Assembly (NCBI GenBank): GCA_043228905.1
Contig: JBHGNT010000011.1
Coordinates: 1,178,001 to 1,242,000 of the forward strand
Source of the DNA: Azolla caroliniana
Taxonomy: Eukaryota > Plantae > Polypodiophyta
DNA length: 64,000 nucleotides
Direction of reading: 5' to 3'
Shown piece after piece: positions 1 to 13,827 of this stretch. The notes beneath the pieces are model-generated. The model saw only the letters and a list, made by a program, of their open reading frames with translations, searched no databases and had not been told where the DNA came from. Each line of letters starts with the position of its first letter. The first letter of the stretch is position 1. The position numbers and the translations under genes are program-made.

Positions 1-1076
1 ACATTGCCACCGTTGGCATTGGCATTGGCATCTTCAGAAATGGTGTTTGCATTACTTGTTTTGGAAGGGGTAACATTCCGATTCGGGGTCGATGAACGGG
101 GTTTGCTTGCTGGGGATGCGTCTCTGAATATCTTGGATTTCACCATTCTTCTCCTTGCCTTTGCAACTGCTTCTGCTTGATCGCTCTGCTGAAGATCTGT
201 GTACACATTCTCTGTATCTTCAGCTATGCTCTTCTCCAGGGTAGTATTCACTGATGCCGTCTTCTCTCCTCCATATAAGCTCGATGCTTTCGCAGAAGCA
301 GAAGAGTAGCGATTGTTGGCAGCCACCGTAGATCTATCCGAGAACCGATTCGCAGACAGTGGCTCCGGCTTGTTCGACCGGTGATCAGACAGCTTCGAAA
401 GCTCTGAAGCACGGTAAGGATTAGCATCGGATGGTTTCAGAATCTCCAAGAGGCGATGATGATGCGAAGGGTAGTCAGTGGAAGGCCGAGGGTTGATCAT
501 CGAGTCAGGAAGCTTATGAAAGTCCGAGTGTCGATGGGAACTAGAATTAGGGTAAGGGTTAGAGATGTGGCTGGGATTAGAGTTAGGGTTAGGGTTAGGG
601 TTAGGGTTAGGGTTTACGCTGGAGCTCTTCTTGGAGATAGGGGCGGTTTCCATGACGATGGATGAATTGGAGGCCGATTGGATGACGAAGCCATTGGTGA
701 GAGAGGATGAGGCGCGAGCGATCAGATCCTCAGGCGTACCCACGCAGGGATGGCGTCCAGGGAGTGGCCGGATCCCAACAACGCGAGGGACAGGGCTCCC
801 TGATTCAAGCCTCTCAACATACACAAATTGACCTAACTGAAGCTTGTCTGAAAGGATGAGATCGTTGTCATGGTCGTCCAGGGAGACATATGTGGCATGA
901 CTGGAGTCGGAGAGCTTGATGTAGAAGCCTTGATTCGGCCATAGATCCCCGCCTGCAAGCGCAGGAACGATCCCGATGACCTGCAGCATCACGGATCGAT
1001 GCTCCCCTGCAACACGGACGTCGGAATTCATGTGCTGAAGGAGCTTGAGCAGGATCCCTGGGTTGAGAGAAGCCAT
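1..1076 (-). CDS. DUF936 / CORD-family plant protein, 5' part (runs off window start)
   Basis: ATG at 1076 gives [66 protein letters not shown]...[25 protein letters not shown]...[11 protein letters not shown], the conserved DUF936 N-terminus. The frame appears open to the window edge, which would explain its absence from the ORF track. Confidence 0.92.
   Translation of the reverse strand, partial: MASLNPGILLKLLQHMNSDVRVAGEHRSVMLQVIGIVPALAGGDLWPNQGFYIKLSDSSHATYVSLDDHDNDLILSDKLQLGQFVYVERLESGSPVPRVVGIRPLPGRHPCVGTPEDLIARASSSLTNGFVIQSASNSSIVMETAPISKKSSSVNPNPNPNPNPNSNPSHISNPYPNSSSHRHSDFHKLPDSMINPRPSTDYPSHHHRLLEILKPSDANPYRASELSKLSDHRSNKPEPLSANRFSDRSTVAANNRYSSASAKASSLYGGEKTASVNTTLEKSIAEDTENVYTDLQQSDQAEAVAKARRRMVKSKIFRDASPASKPRSSTPNRNVTPSKTSNANTISEDANANANGGN
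583..612 (+). repeat. (TTAGGG)5 microsatellite inside the DUF936 CDS, encoding an Asn-Pro run
   Basis: Five perfect TTAGGG units; the minus-strand frame reads [13 protein letters not shown]. Confidence 0.9.
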
Positions 1077-1143
1077 GCTGAAGATGCTGAGAAACGGGAC
1101 ACACAGATCTGATTCTGGGGAGCAGGGATGCTTCTCAAGGGTG

Positions 1144-1374
1144 TAGGGTTTAGGGTTGGAATGGGGTCGAAGATGGGTTTAGGGTTTTCAGATGTGCAGG
1201 ATGTTGTTTTAGGGTTTTTGAAGAGACAGGGAGAGAGATGGGGTTTAGGGTTTTCAGATGTGCAGGAGGATGTTATTTTAGGGTTTTAAGAGACAGGGAG
1301 AGAGATGGAGGGGGAGGGAATGGCGCCATCGCTCCATCGGTTTCCCTCCTTTAACGTCGCCCTCTTCTTCTTCC

Positions 1375-1407
<33 letters not shown>

Positions 1408-2102
1408 AGCGTCCGGATTTTCAAACTTCCATCTCCTTCTTCCTAACGGCTATACTCTGTTCTTCTCTTCCGCCCCTGTTCTGCTTCTGGCTTTTTGCTT
1501 TCTGCTTTTTGCTTTTTCTGCTTTTCTTTGCCTCTCTTGCTGTTTAAATTTTCTTTTTTTTTGTTTTTCTTTTTTTTTTTTGCTTGAGAGGTTAAATTTG
1601 ATCTCTTTTGCTTTTGGGCTGCCCATTTCTCTAGCTTCCGATCGAAGCAAGCTGCAACCCCTATATATTCATTACTGATTTTTCGGCCCAAATTTTAATC
1701 TCCTTTTCCTTCTTGCTTTTTGCTTTTTGCTTTTTGCTTTTGCTTTTTGCTTTTTCTGCTTTTTTTGCCTCTCTGCTGTTTAAATTCTTCTTCTTCTTCT
1801 TCTTTTGCTTGAGAGGTTTGATCTCTTTTGCTTTTGGGCTGCCCATTTCTCTAGCTTCCGATCGAAGCAACCCTATTTATTACTGATTTTCGGCGCAAAT
1901 TTTAATCTCTTTTCGCTTTTTGTCTACTTCAAAGAGTTGGGATCTTTTAGACCAAAACCAAATCTTTTGATCGCCTTCTCGGTGTAGCAGAGAATATTGT
2001 CATTGTCTTATTTATCCCCCCACATCCAACTAATTTACCATGTTAGAAATTTCTCTAGGTGTGGTTTAGGGTTTAGCATTTAGGGTTTAGGGTTTAGGGT
2101 TT
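1144..2102. promoter_or_regulatory. Telo-box (AAACCCTA) cluster in the 5' region of the DUF936 gene
   Basis: Repeated tagggttt motifs at 1144-1290, inside a local ~70-bp duplication, and a short (TTTAGGG)n at 2064-2102. Confidence 0.45.
1490..1915. repeat. ~220-bp tandem duplication (2 copies)
   Basis: tgatctcttttgcttttgggctgcccatttctctagcttccgatcgaagcaa occurs at ~1600 and ~1820 with matching T-rich flanks. Confidence 0.85.
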
Positions 2103-3312
2103 GAGTGGTCAAAGGGTTTAACCCTCCTGAACCCACAAGTTAAAGTGGCCAAAAAGGCCATATGAGCCATCAAGTCACTTCCAACGGAAAAAAGAAAGAG
2201 AAGAGAACTACGTCATGAGATGAGAAATGTAACATACCAAGGATATAATATAAAGTCTGAAAGCGAAAGATGCCGATGAATAAAATGAATTTAGTAAACC
2301 TTTGTATTTTCCACAAGATGCTTGCATGATTACTGTACAAGAATGCCATGTCTAGTCAATCCTCAATCGCGGCTTATTATATGAGATTCTAGGAACTTGT
2401 AGATATCATGGCTACATGAATGTGACAACCACAATCGGCCTTTGAAATTTTTACGAATCGTCAAGGGGTGTGTGTGTGTATTGATTATTACAATGCTAAA
2501 GTTGTGGCTCGTGTCTCAAAATGAGGTTTGAAGTGGTGCTCATTATAATAACACATGTTTCCGAAATTAGCTGGAGATCATGCACGCTACCTGTTGCCTT
2601 GCTCTCGAAAGCGCAGATTTACAACATCCGCATTGCCGATTTTTTCCCCCTCTCGTTACAAGGAGTGAAAAAATCGAGCGACCATAGCACTGCCTTTTTT
2701 AACTACTCATCGTGGATCAAGATCGGTATGTATTATATAAATGCTATGGATGAGAGCGGAGTTCAAATTTCTACGTGCGGAAAGGTATAACGAAATAGTT
2801 ATCGCTTCTGAAATATTTTGATTCTTTGTCACTATTGTCGAGGTTCAAATGAAAGAACACACGGTGCCCCTACATCTACATATGCTCCAATAACAATTGT
2901 TAAATGAGGTCCACGAAATGTTAGTTAAATGGGGAATACATCCATTAGTGAATATACAAGCTAACATTTATGTATATAAACACGTCAAATGCCGACTCAA
3001 TAATTTAGAAGTTGAAGTTGTGTATAAGATATTATTCGGCAATGCATGCCTACAAATCCACCAAAAAATATTAATGGAGATTTGACCCCAATTGTACCAT
3101 TGGTCTAACTTCAATGCTAATGGTAACTCTCTCAAGATTATGCCATTAACCTTTCAGATGATGGTTATGGGGATTCAAAAAATCATTCATCCCCCTCAAG
3201 CTTCTTATTGGTGGGATTTGAAGCTGTGGCGTTCCATTTTGTATATCGCATAGGCTACTTGAATAAATATCCATCAAGATGCAATGAATCAAGGATTTTC
3301 CTAAATGAATAT

Positions 3313-3535
3313 TGAAGCAAGGAGTAGCCTGAATTCCCCTAATTATACATTTGAATGACAACTGGTGAAACTTGGCTTTAGCAAATGCTCAAAACATTAC
3401 AACTTGTTTTGTGACTTACACCATGCATGGCCCTGAAGCAAGGAGTTGCCTTAATTCCCCTAATTTTACATTTGAATGACAACTGGTGAAACTTGGCTTT
3501 AGCAAATGCTCAAAACATTACAACTTGTTTTGTGA
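3313..3535. repeat. ~121-bp tandem duplication
   Basis: tgaagcaaggagt...tgaatgacaactggtgaaacttggctttagcaaatgctcaaaacattacaacttgttttgtga is present twice. Confidence 0.9.
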
Positions 3536-6216
3536 ATGTAGGTTGCCATAGTTGAGTTCTTTCATTTGTACATGTTGGAGATTTCAAGTTACTTCCATGA
3601 AAGTATTTGTAGTTCAACTACAAGATGAATTTCACATAGTCATCAATGTCACCGATTTCAAGTTATTCACATAAGCATTTTGTTTTTAATATGAACATCA
3701 ATGCTTAAATGAACTCATTTGATAGGTAATTACCCCTCTTTCTATTTTTAACCAAGGTCAAGTTCTAACTATCAGCTTGAAAAATACTTTGTTGTAGATT
3801 ACAACCATTCCACCTTGTAAAACCCTACCTTTGTCTGATATGGCATGAAACTCTAAATGTAGTTATCCAAAGAACCTTTGAGATTATGCACAACAATATT
3901 TCATTTTGGGTCATGACACAATCTTCAAGCTCATATATAAGCCATAGAGAAAGCGTGTCTATAAATATTTTCCAAGTGTGTCCTCCATAACATCCTTCAT
4001 ATGTATAAACATTCTCACGGCATTATCACAAATTGGTTTTGGTTCACAAGTCAATTTATTTGAGCACATGAACATGCCCTTGAGATACTATTGAGTTATT
4101 GAAAAATTCTCCACCCATATTCCATTGAAATTGTTTTTTTCCTTGACATTTAAACCACAAATACAAGATCCATTCAAGAAGGGCATTTATGGAAACAACA
4201 TGTTGTCATCTGTCTTTCGATCTACCAAGATAAAACCTATTGCTTTAGGTACATAGGCTCAATATATAGAAAGCAATGCATATGAACATATTTTAACAAT
4301 CTATGTTCATTCACTACTTGTCATAAAGCATTTGCGAGGACTCAAACTTGTGTACAACACAAACATTTTCAAAGAGATTCTAGCAATTGTGAATTTGAGC
4401 TATCTCAATAAATGAAGGAAATATCAACATCAGAAACTAAGCATGGCAAGCACCTTCTACTTGGAGTTGCCTAAGCCTTACATAGCCTAGGGTTTATGTT
4501 ACCATAAATCACTCATTGCTATATGTAGTAGGAATAAGAAGGATATAATGTATTGTCATGTTTTAATTTACACAACATTTTCTTCTACAATGAAGTAGGT
4601 TGCAATGAAATTACAATTGATAGGATCAATCATAGAACTATTGAGGCGAAAACATACAATTAAGCATGTTGGTGAATCAACTCATGTTCACTCACCTAAC
4701 AAAGTTATCAATGTCCACAATAGTGCGCTATATGGAGCATCGTACTTACTCTTAGGCAAAGATACTTTTATGGTATTCAAACATCTTCTCTATGTGACAA
4801 ATATAAATTGAATGAGTCAAGACCACTACAGTGAGGTGGGAGTTGTAAAAGAGACTAGAATCGAATAGTTATATCTCTATTAGATATTGTTGACATCATG
4901 CTCACCTTACAAACATAGACTCCACCTTCATGTGCTTTTCTATCCGAGGAGGGCCAACAATGATGATTAGTTCATTGTAAGATATATGAGGTGTAATCGA
5001 GGAAAAATATATGTATAACAATTGTAAATAAATACAGCTTGGAGTAAACATAAGAATCAAAGTTTTGATTGTTTGAACTCTTCAATATAACAATCGTAAG
5101 ATAAGAAGAAAAGCTTTCTGACTTGACAATGATAACCGCACTGATTTTGTAAAGAACTGTGCCATTTTTCAGATGACATTTACAGAGATATTTGTCAGTT
5201 CACCAATACCTGTTGCATGCATATTTTATTTCTATTTGGTAATGGTTGTCATAGCTATTAGGAAATCAACGTCACTGTCCCTCATAGGAGGAGGCATATA
5301 AAGATGTGATATTATTATATATCTCAAAACCATATTACTGTCTTTAGAGTTAAGTGTAAAACAAATCCGATTCATTCGGATCCAAAAAGATCTCCACATG
5401 TGATCAAGAAAGGCAATGCATCCACAAGTCATCATCAAGCTTAATCCTCAAGTGTGACTCAATCATATGATTCTTTGAAACCACGTTGAGCATGCATGGA
5501 AAACAACGCAGAACCATTCAAAAAGAACACATTCATATTTAATGTTTAATATTTTTTATTTGTATATGCACATGTTTGCATGAGAAAGCAAATCAAAGAG
5601 AAACTAGTAGATATTGCATTAAGTCAATGAATAATCAAATATATAAGTTATTGAAATACATATCATGTGCTTCACTGAATTTGGTTCATAGCTCCAATAA
5701 CCCTGAGAAAGAGAGGGTGAGAGAAACATAGAGATAGAGATATTGTAAGCTACACATATATGCATAGTTTTTTATTAGGTACCAGACATAAATTCTTGTA
5801 GAAAAGATCATCCCATCACAGACACACACACACACACACACTAGTGGAGTGTGTTAAAAGAAGAAACCCGGAAATAAAACCCGCCTACAGTACAGCATTG
5901 GCCTGATGCAAGGCCAACAATCTTCTAAATCTTTAAAGGTATTTTCGCATTGTGGCAAAATAGGTACCTCCATTATTATGACCTATGATCATCATTTTTA
6001 GATCTGGCACATATCAACATCATGTGCTCTTTTATCCACCATATCGGCAATCCCTTGTACCTTCCCCTCTCCCCTCCTCTTCACTATATACATCTTTCTA
6101 TGGGTACTCTCCTTGTAACATATAGCCAACGAACTCCTCTTTTACTTACCACCCTTTTGCCTAAAATATACAAGTCCTTTCGTGTAGGGAATGAAAAAGA
6201 GGCAGACTTATACACA

Positions 6217-7906
6217 TTATTTAAGCCTCACGACTATGCACGATATGTCATCCTTACTCTTTCTCATTAGTGCGGCCTCCGTCAGCTTTTTTGCAGCTGT
6301 TTCCGGATCTTTAACTTTCCTAATTAAATTTACTGCCTCCTGATTCTCCATCACCTAGAAAAGGAATACAAATTATTCAGGTTCAAATAACGGTTTATCA
6401 TGTAGAAAGGTATTGACATTATCACACTACATAATTATTGCAGTAGAAATCTCTAACCTTCCATAATCCATCACTTGCTAGTATGAGGACCTCATCAGTT
6501 TCATTCAGGTTCATGTCAAGAACATCAGGATCAGAACTTAGATGTACCTTCAAATTCTTATCGCCAAACGCACGTGCAACTGCGAGCTGTCCATCTACTC
6601 TCGGCACGTCACCTAAAAACATTTAAATTTTCAGAGTCTGGCATGTGGTGTCTAGCCCGTAATATGCTGTATGTAGTACGTTATATCTAGTATCCACTAT
6701 GATGTAGTATGTAACACGATGTAATCACATGGTGTATGTAGGATGTGGTATCCACATTATCTTATATTACCTAGGTCTGTGATGTGCATAAGCATGTAGT
6801 ATGTATATCACAACAACAATAATAATTAAGCGAAGCATAAGTGTCATCAAAGATAGTTCGAATTTGCATATGACCAAGAACCCATACCTGGAAGAGTAGT
6901 GACAAAGCCTCCCCTGTTTTCTATGTCTTTTTTCTCTGACTTGGGCTCATGATCTACCGAAAGCTGAATAGCCTCTCCAGCACGGCAAAGAACCGCTCTT
7001 GAGTCACCCACATTAGCTACCAAAAGTTTTCGACCATCGATAAGAATCGCCGTAACTGCCGTTGAACCGCCAATACCTAAATCTGGAGCCTTTTGTAGGA
7101 CTACTTTATCAGTAAGCTCGTATGCTTTGACTATAGCTTGGGTCGGGTTTTCCCAAAACTCTGGCTGCCAAAACAAAATCACATTGCAAATGTCTTCATT
7201 AGATAATATATACGTATATTTTCCTAGATGATTCTGTTTGTGAACATAATGATAGTACAAACACACATGCATTGTTTCCCTATCTATCCGTCTGTGGCAG
7301 TCAATTTAGAATCAGATGTTGGAATTCTGGTCACTATTAGAAACTTGGGGGGTACACAATGTTAAATTATCAAAAAAGTTAGGGATAATTTGTGTTTTGC
7401 CAAATTTGCAATGCCAATCAAGCTACAACTACAAAAAGAAAAAGAAAGAGGAGGCATACCCGGCTTAGTATATTGTTAAAAAGATTGTTCTGTAGATAAT
7501 GGGGAACATCATGCCCAAGGTGACCATCGAAAATGGCAAACAATCCGAGTTCATGATTATTTAGTGGGACGAATTCTGCAACATGGAAATCCTCCATCGG
7601 ATGGTTAGCTTTTCCTTTAACGAGACTGAAACCGTGTGCAATACGATTACTAGTTTTGCTCTTCCCTTTGCCCGTGTCCGAGGAAGATGAAGGCTGCCAT
7701 CCTGCAACCATCTAAAGAGAGCATCCAGAAACAAGATTGGTCATTGACATAGACTGATTAGAACCAAAAAAGAGATGTTTTTGTGTAGATATATGGAAGA
7801 CATCAGTCATACAAACACTCACTACACATGCATACACACACACATACGGAACCATATACAAATATACAGAACCACATACATACATACATAAAGCCACAAG
7901 ACTACA

Positions 7907-7940
<34 letters not shown>

Positions 7941-8282
7941 CAAACCTTCATGCACATAACGCACACAGATACGTACATAGATACACAAGCACATACATAA
8001 AAGTGTGTGCATATACAATCAAGTGCCGGATAAGACTTCAAATCTTAGAGATCATATGCGGATCTATTCCTGTTGGTATACAGGGGTGAGATGAAATAGC
8101 ATGACTTCTTCAGACAGATCCCTTCTTCATCTCCATTATGCAAACGCTTTAAGATCTATCACTGTGTGTGTGTGTGTGTACATATATACAAAAGGGATGA
8201 AGACAAAAGGAACGAGAAGACTCACCTTGAGCTTGTCGAGGACGCCTCGGCTTGGTCGGGAAGCATCGCTGTTGGAAATCAT
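6217..8282 (-). CDS. Protein phosphatase 2C (PPM), clade F-like, 5 exons, ~292 aa
   Basis: Exons 8282-8226, 7711-7460, 7164-6888, 6612-6458 and 6354-6217, all GT-AG and phase-consistent. Motifs: [62 protein letters not shown]. Confidence 0.95.
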
Positions 8283-9388
8283 TGAAAGAGATATATGAAC
8301 AAGAAACAAAGAGATATGAACAAGAAGAAGAAGGGGAGAGAAGGGGGAAACACAGAGAATCAGAGAGAGAGAGAGAGAATCAGAGAGAAATACAGAGAAT
8401 CAGAGAGACAGAGATTGAGAGACTTGAGCCCAAAAAAGAAGAAGGAAAAGAAGAGATGAATTTGGGGGAAAACAGGGGAATAAAAAGGAACACGCAATCT
8501 CAGTCTCCCCACACGCGCTTTGGTCAAATCCCAAGTGCTGACCAGGAACTCATCCTAGTCATCACGTCCACATCAGGGTCCACGTCACAATCTCGTCCCG
8601 CTCCGGTCTCGGCCCTCGGGTCTCATATCTCAAGTCTCAGGTCTCATGTCTCGGGTCTCGGGTCTCGGGTTTATCATTGAGGTGATGGTGGTGGGGGGCC
8701 AGAGTGTGTGGTGCTTCACCTTTGTTGTTCATCATCTCCGAACTCGCCGCCTCGGCCTTTGCTTTGTCTCCTTCCATTGCGAGCGAGCAAGAACCTTCTA
8801 TTGTTCCGATGTTATTCACGTGTCACGTCTCTGGCCTCTCCCTGACTTTTGAGGGGGGGAGTGGTCCTCCTGCTCAAAACTCTCCAAGTTCGGACGAATC
8901 TCTGCTTCGATTTTGTCTCTAGTGCTTCGCCTTGACATCCCAAGCCATACCATGAAGGCTTTCATCATGACATTCAAACATATAAGAGTTCCATCATCGT
9001 TGGTGGTCCTGGAACATTTGGGCTGATAGATCATCAGGTTTCTTAATTTTGCCATCATTAGTTTGAAAATGTGGTCATTGTAGCTTGGTCCCCAATTCAT
9101 GGCATGGTAGGGTTTTGACGTGGCAACATGTTTGTTCACGATAACAACATAAGACACAATGACATTCTCTAAGTTATTTGAGACTTATCGTAAAAGATGT
9201 TATGTCAAAATCTTGGCACAAGCGGATCGACCACATCTCAAAGCTCACCACACTGGTTCGAGTCCACTTACAACAACCTCGGATAATCTACGGGCACAAC
9301 GATGGCTTTCTTGTATCCTCGTTACAACGGAGAAACCGATGCAGAAGCCCACACCCAATCGTTCCTAAATGTCTAGAGTGCAAACCAC

Positions 9389-9665
9389 GTGTCACAACGG
9401 CTCCCTGAAGCCAAAGCTAATGCTTCTAAAATCGTAGAGTTCAGACTCACTCTCGACAAGCGAGCCGCTCGGTGGCACTCCCTACTCGATATCATGACCT
9501 TTACAGCCTTTGATCAGCTCCGCACGACGTTCCCGCGCTTCTTTCACAGGAGCATTCCGCAACGCGAAATCAACGACCAATTTTATTCCATCCGACAGCT
9601 CCAACAAGAATTGGTCGTCGATTTTAGCCTCCGATTCCAAAACTTACGACGCCAGTTAACATGGG
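9389..9665 (+). mobile_element. Ty3/gypsy gag fragment
   Basis: KIVEFRLTLDKRAARWH...FDQLRTTFPRFF...QFYSIRQ, similar to the gag at 56.9-57.2 kb. Confidence 0.65.
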
Positions 9666-9738
9666 TGACCTACAAAAGTATGGATGATGTTATCAAGAAG
9701 AGTTATGATCAAACTCCCAAAGTTCAAAGGAGCGATGA

Positions 9739-10160
9739 GTGAGTGCGTGTGCAGGAGGCCAAATTGGGAAGCAACACCGCCATCCATTTCCAAAGGAATG
9801 GCACATTAGCAACCAACACCTAGACATTATCCACTTGGATGTTTGGGGTCTTGCAAAAGCGGCAACATTCAGTAGATGCAAGTATTATGTCACCTTCATC
9901 ACTGTTGCTCTCAACACATACTACCCCCAACGGTTTGTGAATGGTGAAGCATTTGCACATTTTTGCAGCTTAAAAAACATGTGGTTAGTCAACTAGAAGA
10001 ACACACCACATTTTGATTGAGCAAAAGCGATAGCTACAATTGTCTACTTGATGAATCAATGATCTTATGTAGTAATAAATTATGTGACTCCACATCCACA
10101 CTTGTATAAGAGGAGGTCAAATATGGCACATTGAAATGTTTTTGGATGCATTGTGTATGA
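9739..10160 (+). mobile_element. Ty1/copia integrase fragment (decayed)
   Basis: C..GQIGKQHRHPFPKE...LDIIHLDVWG...YYVTFI. Confidence 0.75.
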
Positions 10161-10210
10161 GCTTGTCCTAGACAAGGTATGGACAATGCATTGTGTATGA
10201 AACTTAGAGC

Positions 10211-13200
10211 TAGTCGGCCTTCTGGACAAGGCAGACATGGCCCAGGCAGAGGCCGAAGAATGGTACAACGGTACCACGGGAGAGGGTGTGGAGCAAGAAG
10301 CCCTCTCGACTTGTGGAGAAAGACCGGCCGAGGAGGAGGTCGGGAGCGGAGAAGAGCCCTCCACATGGATTCCGAAGACTTCGGCAGTTGAGCATGTGTG
10401 CCGACATAATACCGGAGAGATGGAAGGAGCCAGTGAGGAGTCTTGGCACGATGCCAACAAAGATGGGTTGGAGATGGCCTGTGAGGAGGCCAAGGATGGG
10501 GTCGTGGTGGAGCGAAATATAGAAATGAGAGGCGGCACAGAAGGGAGCGGAGTCGGACGTCGGCCCGACCAAGAGCCGATCTAGTCGGCATTCCGATTCG
10601 GATGGAGCATGATCCGGGCATGGATCGTTCGTCCGAAACCGGGCCAAAATGCGGAGAACAACGGGGGCCAAGCGGCCCAAATGAGCGAAGAAGGTGTTCC
10701 TTGGAGTGGAGCAATGTTACTGAAGGATGCAGAGGACACCAAACTGGAGGGGACCGACTCGGGAGTTGGAGAAAGTGTGTGCTGACCCGAAGAAGTACAC
10801 AACGAAGAGCGAAACAAAAAGCGTGCAATATGGCCGTGTAAGGGCCAAGTAGCGAGCATAGAGAGGATTGACGACAGCGGGGGAGAAACAGTAGAGGCGG
10901 TTGATTGAAGTATAGGTCCTCCACACTTGTTCCCGAGACTTAGGCGGTTGCATCCGAGAACCAACAGAAGACCTAAGAGACGGAAAGTGGCAGCGAGGAC
11001 ACGGAGGTCACGGCCAATACAAGTGATGGATGCGGAGAAAGGAAGACCGGTCCTATGGGTCACCTCACACCGGGCTAGAGACTTTGGCAGTCGGCATCGG
11101 ATCCAACGTAAGACCAAGATAGTGATGGTGGCTGCTGGAGAACGGGACCCGATGATGTAGAGTGACGGACGGACCTGGACGAGAACCGGGCGGAGCGGAC
11201 TTCTGGATAACCGATTCGGAAGCGGAGAAACAAAGATCGGTCCTATGGGTCACCTCACACCGGGCTAGAGACTTCGGCAGTCAGCATTGAGAGCTGATGT
11301 AAGATCAAGATACTGACGGTGGCAGCAGGAGAATGGGATCCGGTAATGCAGAGAGAGATCGGATGAGCCCGGATGAGATCCGGGGGAGCGGACTTTCGGA
11401 TAACTGAACTGGAGGGGTGGAGGAAGCAGGTGTACGGAGAGGCCGGGAACACGGTACCACGGTACCACGGGAGAGGGTGTGGAGCAAGCCACCCTCTCGA
11501 CATGCGGAGAAGGAAGACCCGGGATAGGGTCGGGAAAGACGAGAGGCCCAAGGAGGATCCTTCACACCAGATCTAGAGATTTTGACAGTCGGCGGCGGAG
11601 CCGACGTAAGGCCAAGAGACTGACGGTGGCGGCGAGGGGACGAGGGCAAAGGTAGCGATGGGGCGATCCTACGACGATCCTCACACCAGTCTGGAGACTC
11701 CGACGGTTGGCCCGAGAGCCATCATGAGACCTAGAGAGATGGACGGTGGCGGCAGGTGAATAGGATCCTAAGATGCAGCATGGAAGTGCGGATGGGTGAC
11801 CCTCACACCGATCCAGAGACTCCGGCGGTCGGCCCGAGAACCAGCGTGAGACCGAGAGAGATGGATGGTGGCGGCAGGTGAATGAGATCCGAAAAAGCAG
11901 GGACCGAAAGAGCGGAAAGAGATATAACGCCGGCGACGCGGCCACAGACCAAAATTGGATCCAGTCGGCCAGGTCAAAAGGACGAAGACCAGACACGCTA
12001 GGTACACGAGTCGGTTGCCTAACAGATCGGAGGCCCGAGAAGGATCCTCCACACCGGATCTAGAGACTTCGACAGTCGGCACCGGGAGCCGATGTAAGAC
12101 CAAGATACTAACGGTGATGGCGAGGGGACAAAGGCCTTAGCAGTTGAGGTACCGAGTAACCAAGGTGTCTCGAGAACAACGAAGGCCAGGCGGGCCAAAA
12201 TGGGCAAGGGTGATCCTTCGTGGGTAGCAACATGGAAAGCTACCAAGGACATCCAAGCGGGGAGCGGTGTGTCGAGCCAAAAAGGGCACACCTAGAAGCG
12301 GATTGGAAGACGTGCATGTGGCCATCGAGGGCCGAAGTAAAGCATGGGTACATGACAATGTTCGGCATAAGCGGTGCTGAGCAAGGAAGGTGGAAGACGG
12401 CACACGGTGTGTCGAGTTGGAAACCAGGTGCGGGATAGGCTTCACGAGTCGGTAGTCGGAAACGGTATTGGTGACCGAAGGAGGATCCTCCATACCCGCT
12501 TTGGAGATCTTGATGGCCCAGTTGGAGTAGCAACGACTCGCTTGGCAAGCCAAGCCCGAGATAACAAGCTGGTGGGGACGAGGGGACGACGGCAAGTGTA
12601 TGGTGCCGAACCAGTTGTAGCAGTGCGGAACGAAAGGGGCCAAGTGGGCCGACACGGGGTGTTCCTCGAACGTGGAGGACACCGGCATGCGGAGAAACGA
12701 AGAGCGATGATGCCGGACCCAACCAATGCGACATGAAGGCCAAGCAGGACACTACGGGTATACGGGAAGTGAGGAGCGTGCATATGGTTGATCAAGGGCC
12801 ACAGGACAAGTATGTGTATGAGAGAAGATCGCGGCAAATGACTTGTTGACAGCTCGATCAAGCCTACGGAGAGGCGAGCGCGAGGATGGAACCGGAGCCA
12901 ACGGTTCGGACCGGCGGAGGCCAACACGATAGCTGGGATGCGGATTCCGGAAGGCCGGTTGCTCACTATGGCTGGAATCTCTCACCCTTCTTCAGATTTG
13001 GCACGTACCGGTGGACGTGCGGTTTGGTGGGGGCAGATGTCGTGAAGATTCACGGCCATAGTGAGAAAACTGAGCCTATTGGGAATATCGGTAGGGCGAG
13101 GTGTGAGCATTCACCATTGTATACCCGTGTAAGATAATGGGGTGCCTTTATGGCGCCAAATGGGAGTTAAGTTGGGATAGAGAATCCCATGTAATAAGGG

Positions 13201-13827
13201 ATTTATCCCACATTGTAACGTCCTTCCCTCGGCCTATAAAAGGAAGGGAGGGTCCCTTGTAAAAGGCTTGCCCATTTTGAGTTAGGAGGGTATACCATTA
13301 GGTCTAAGGTATGGTAGTCTAAGGTTAGGTAGCTTTCTTCTTCTTACTTTTAGAGTTTCTTGGAGGTCTTCTTCTTCGTGTATGTTTAGGGTTTAGTCCG
13401 GTTGAGAGCTCATATATCCTAGGGGTGGTTTCGCCTCCGCTCTACGACGAGCCCGTGAACTCCCCGATCACCGGCTTGGCAACAGAACGCTGATGTAACC
13501 TAATCCACCTTGCTCCGGTTCAAAGCCGAAGTTGCTCTTGTACATATATAGTGAAGTTTTATGCATCCGTGTGTGTGTCGGTGTCTTTGGAGTTCTTTCT
13601 TCCCGGTTTCTGTACATAGGAAGTGTGTGTCTAGTCAGTGTTGCGCGCGTGTCCTTTTTCCTCTCTCATTCGGTTGCTCCCGGTACGTATCCGGAAATGC
13701 TCTGGTAGGAGCCCTGGGTGGTCGCTGGAAACGGTGAAGCTAGACCTCCCATGCTATGTCTCTCTTAGGTCCAAGACCCCTGTGGTCCTGCCCTGGATCT
13801 AACACGTACCCGCGGATTTTCACGACA
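10211..13827 (+). mobile_element. 3' half of a non-autonomous gypsy-type element: GC-rich repetitive internal region, PPT and 3' LTR (13038-13827)
   Basis: Internal region is homologous to 45990-48163. PPT ttggtgggggcaga is followed by an LTR TGTCGTGAAG...TTCACGACA related to 42517-43316. Confidence 0.8.

Noticed and set aside
2064-2102. Telomere or chromosome-fusion scar
   Set aside because: Only 3-4 TTTAGGG units, consistent with telo-boxes.
3146-4500. Possible decayed hAT or other transposase on the minus strand
   Set aside because: Only a weak GTPQLQ resemblance; no ordered motifs could be established.
10034-13137. Many overlapping 100-300 aa ORFs on both strands
   Set aside because: GC-rich repetitive TE interior with few stops and no recognisable domains. 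The same applies to 46-48 kb and to ORFs antisense to copia pol.
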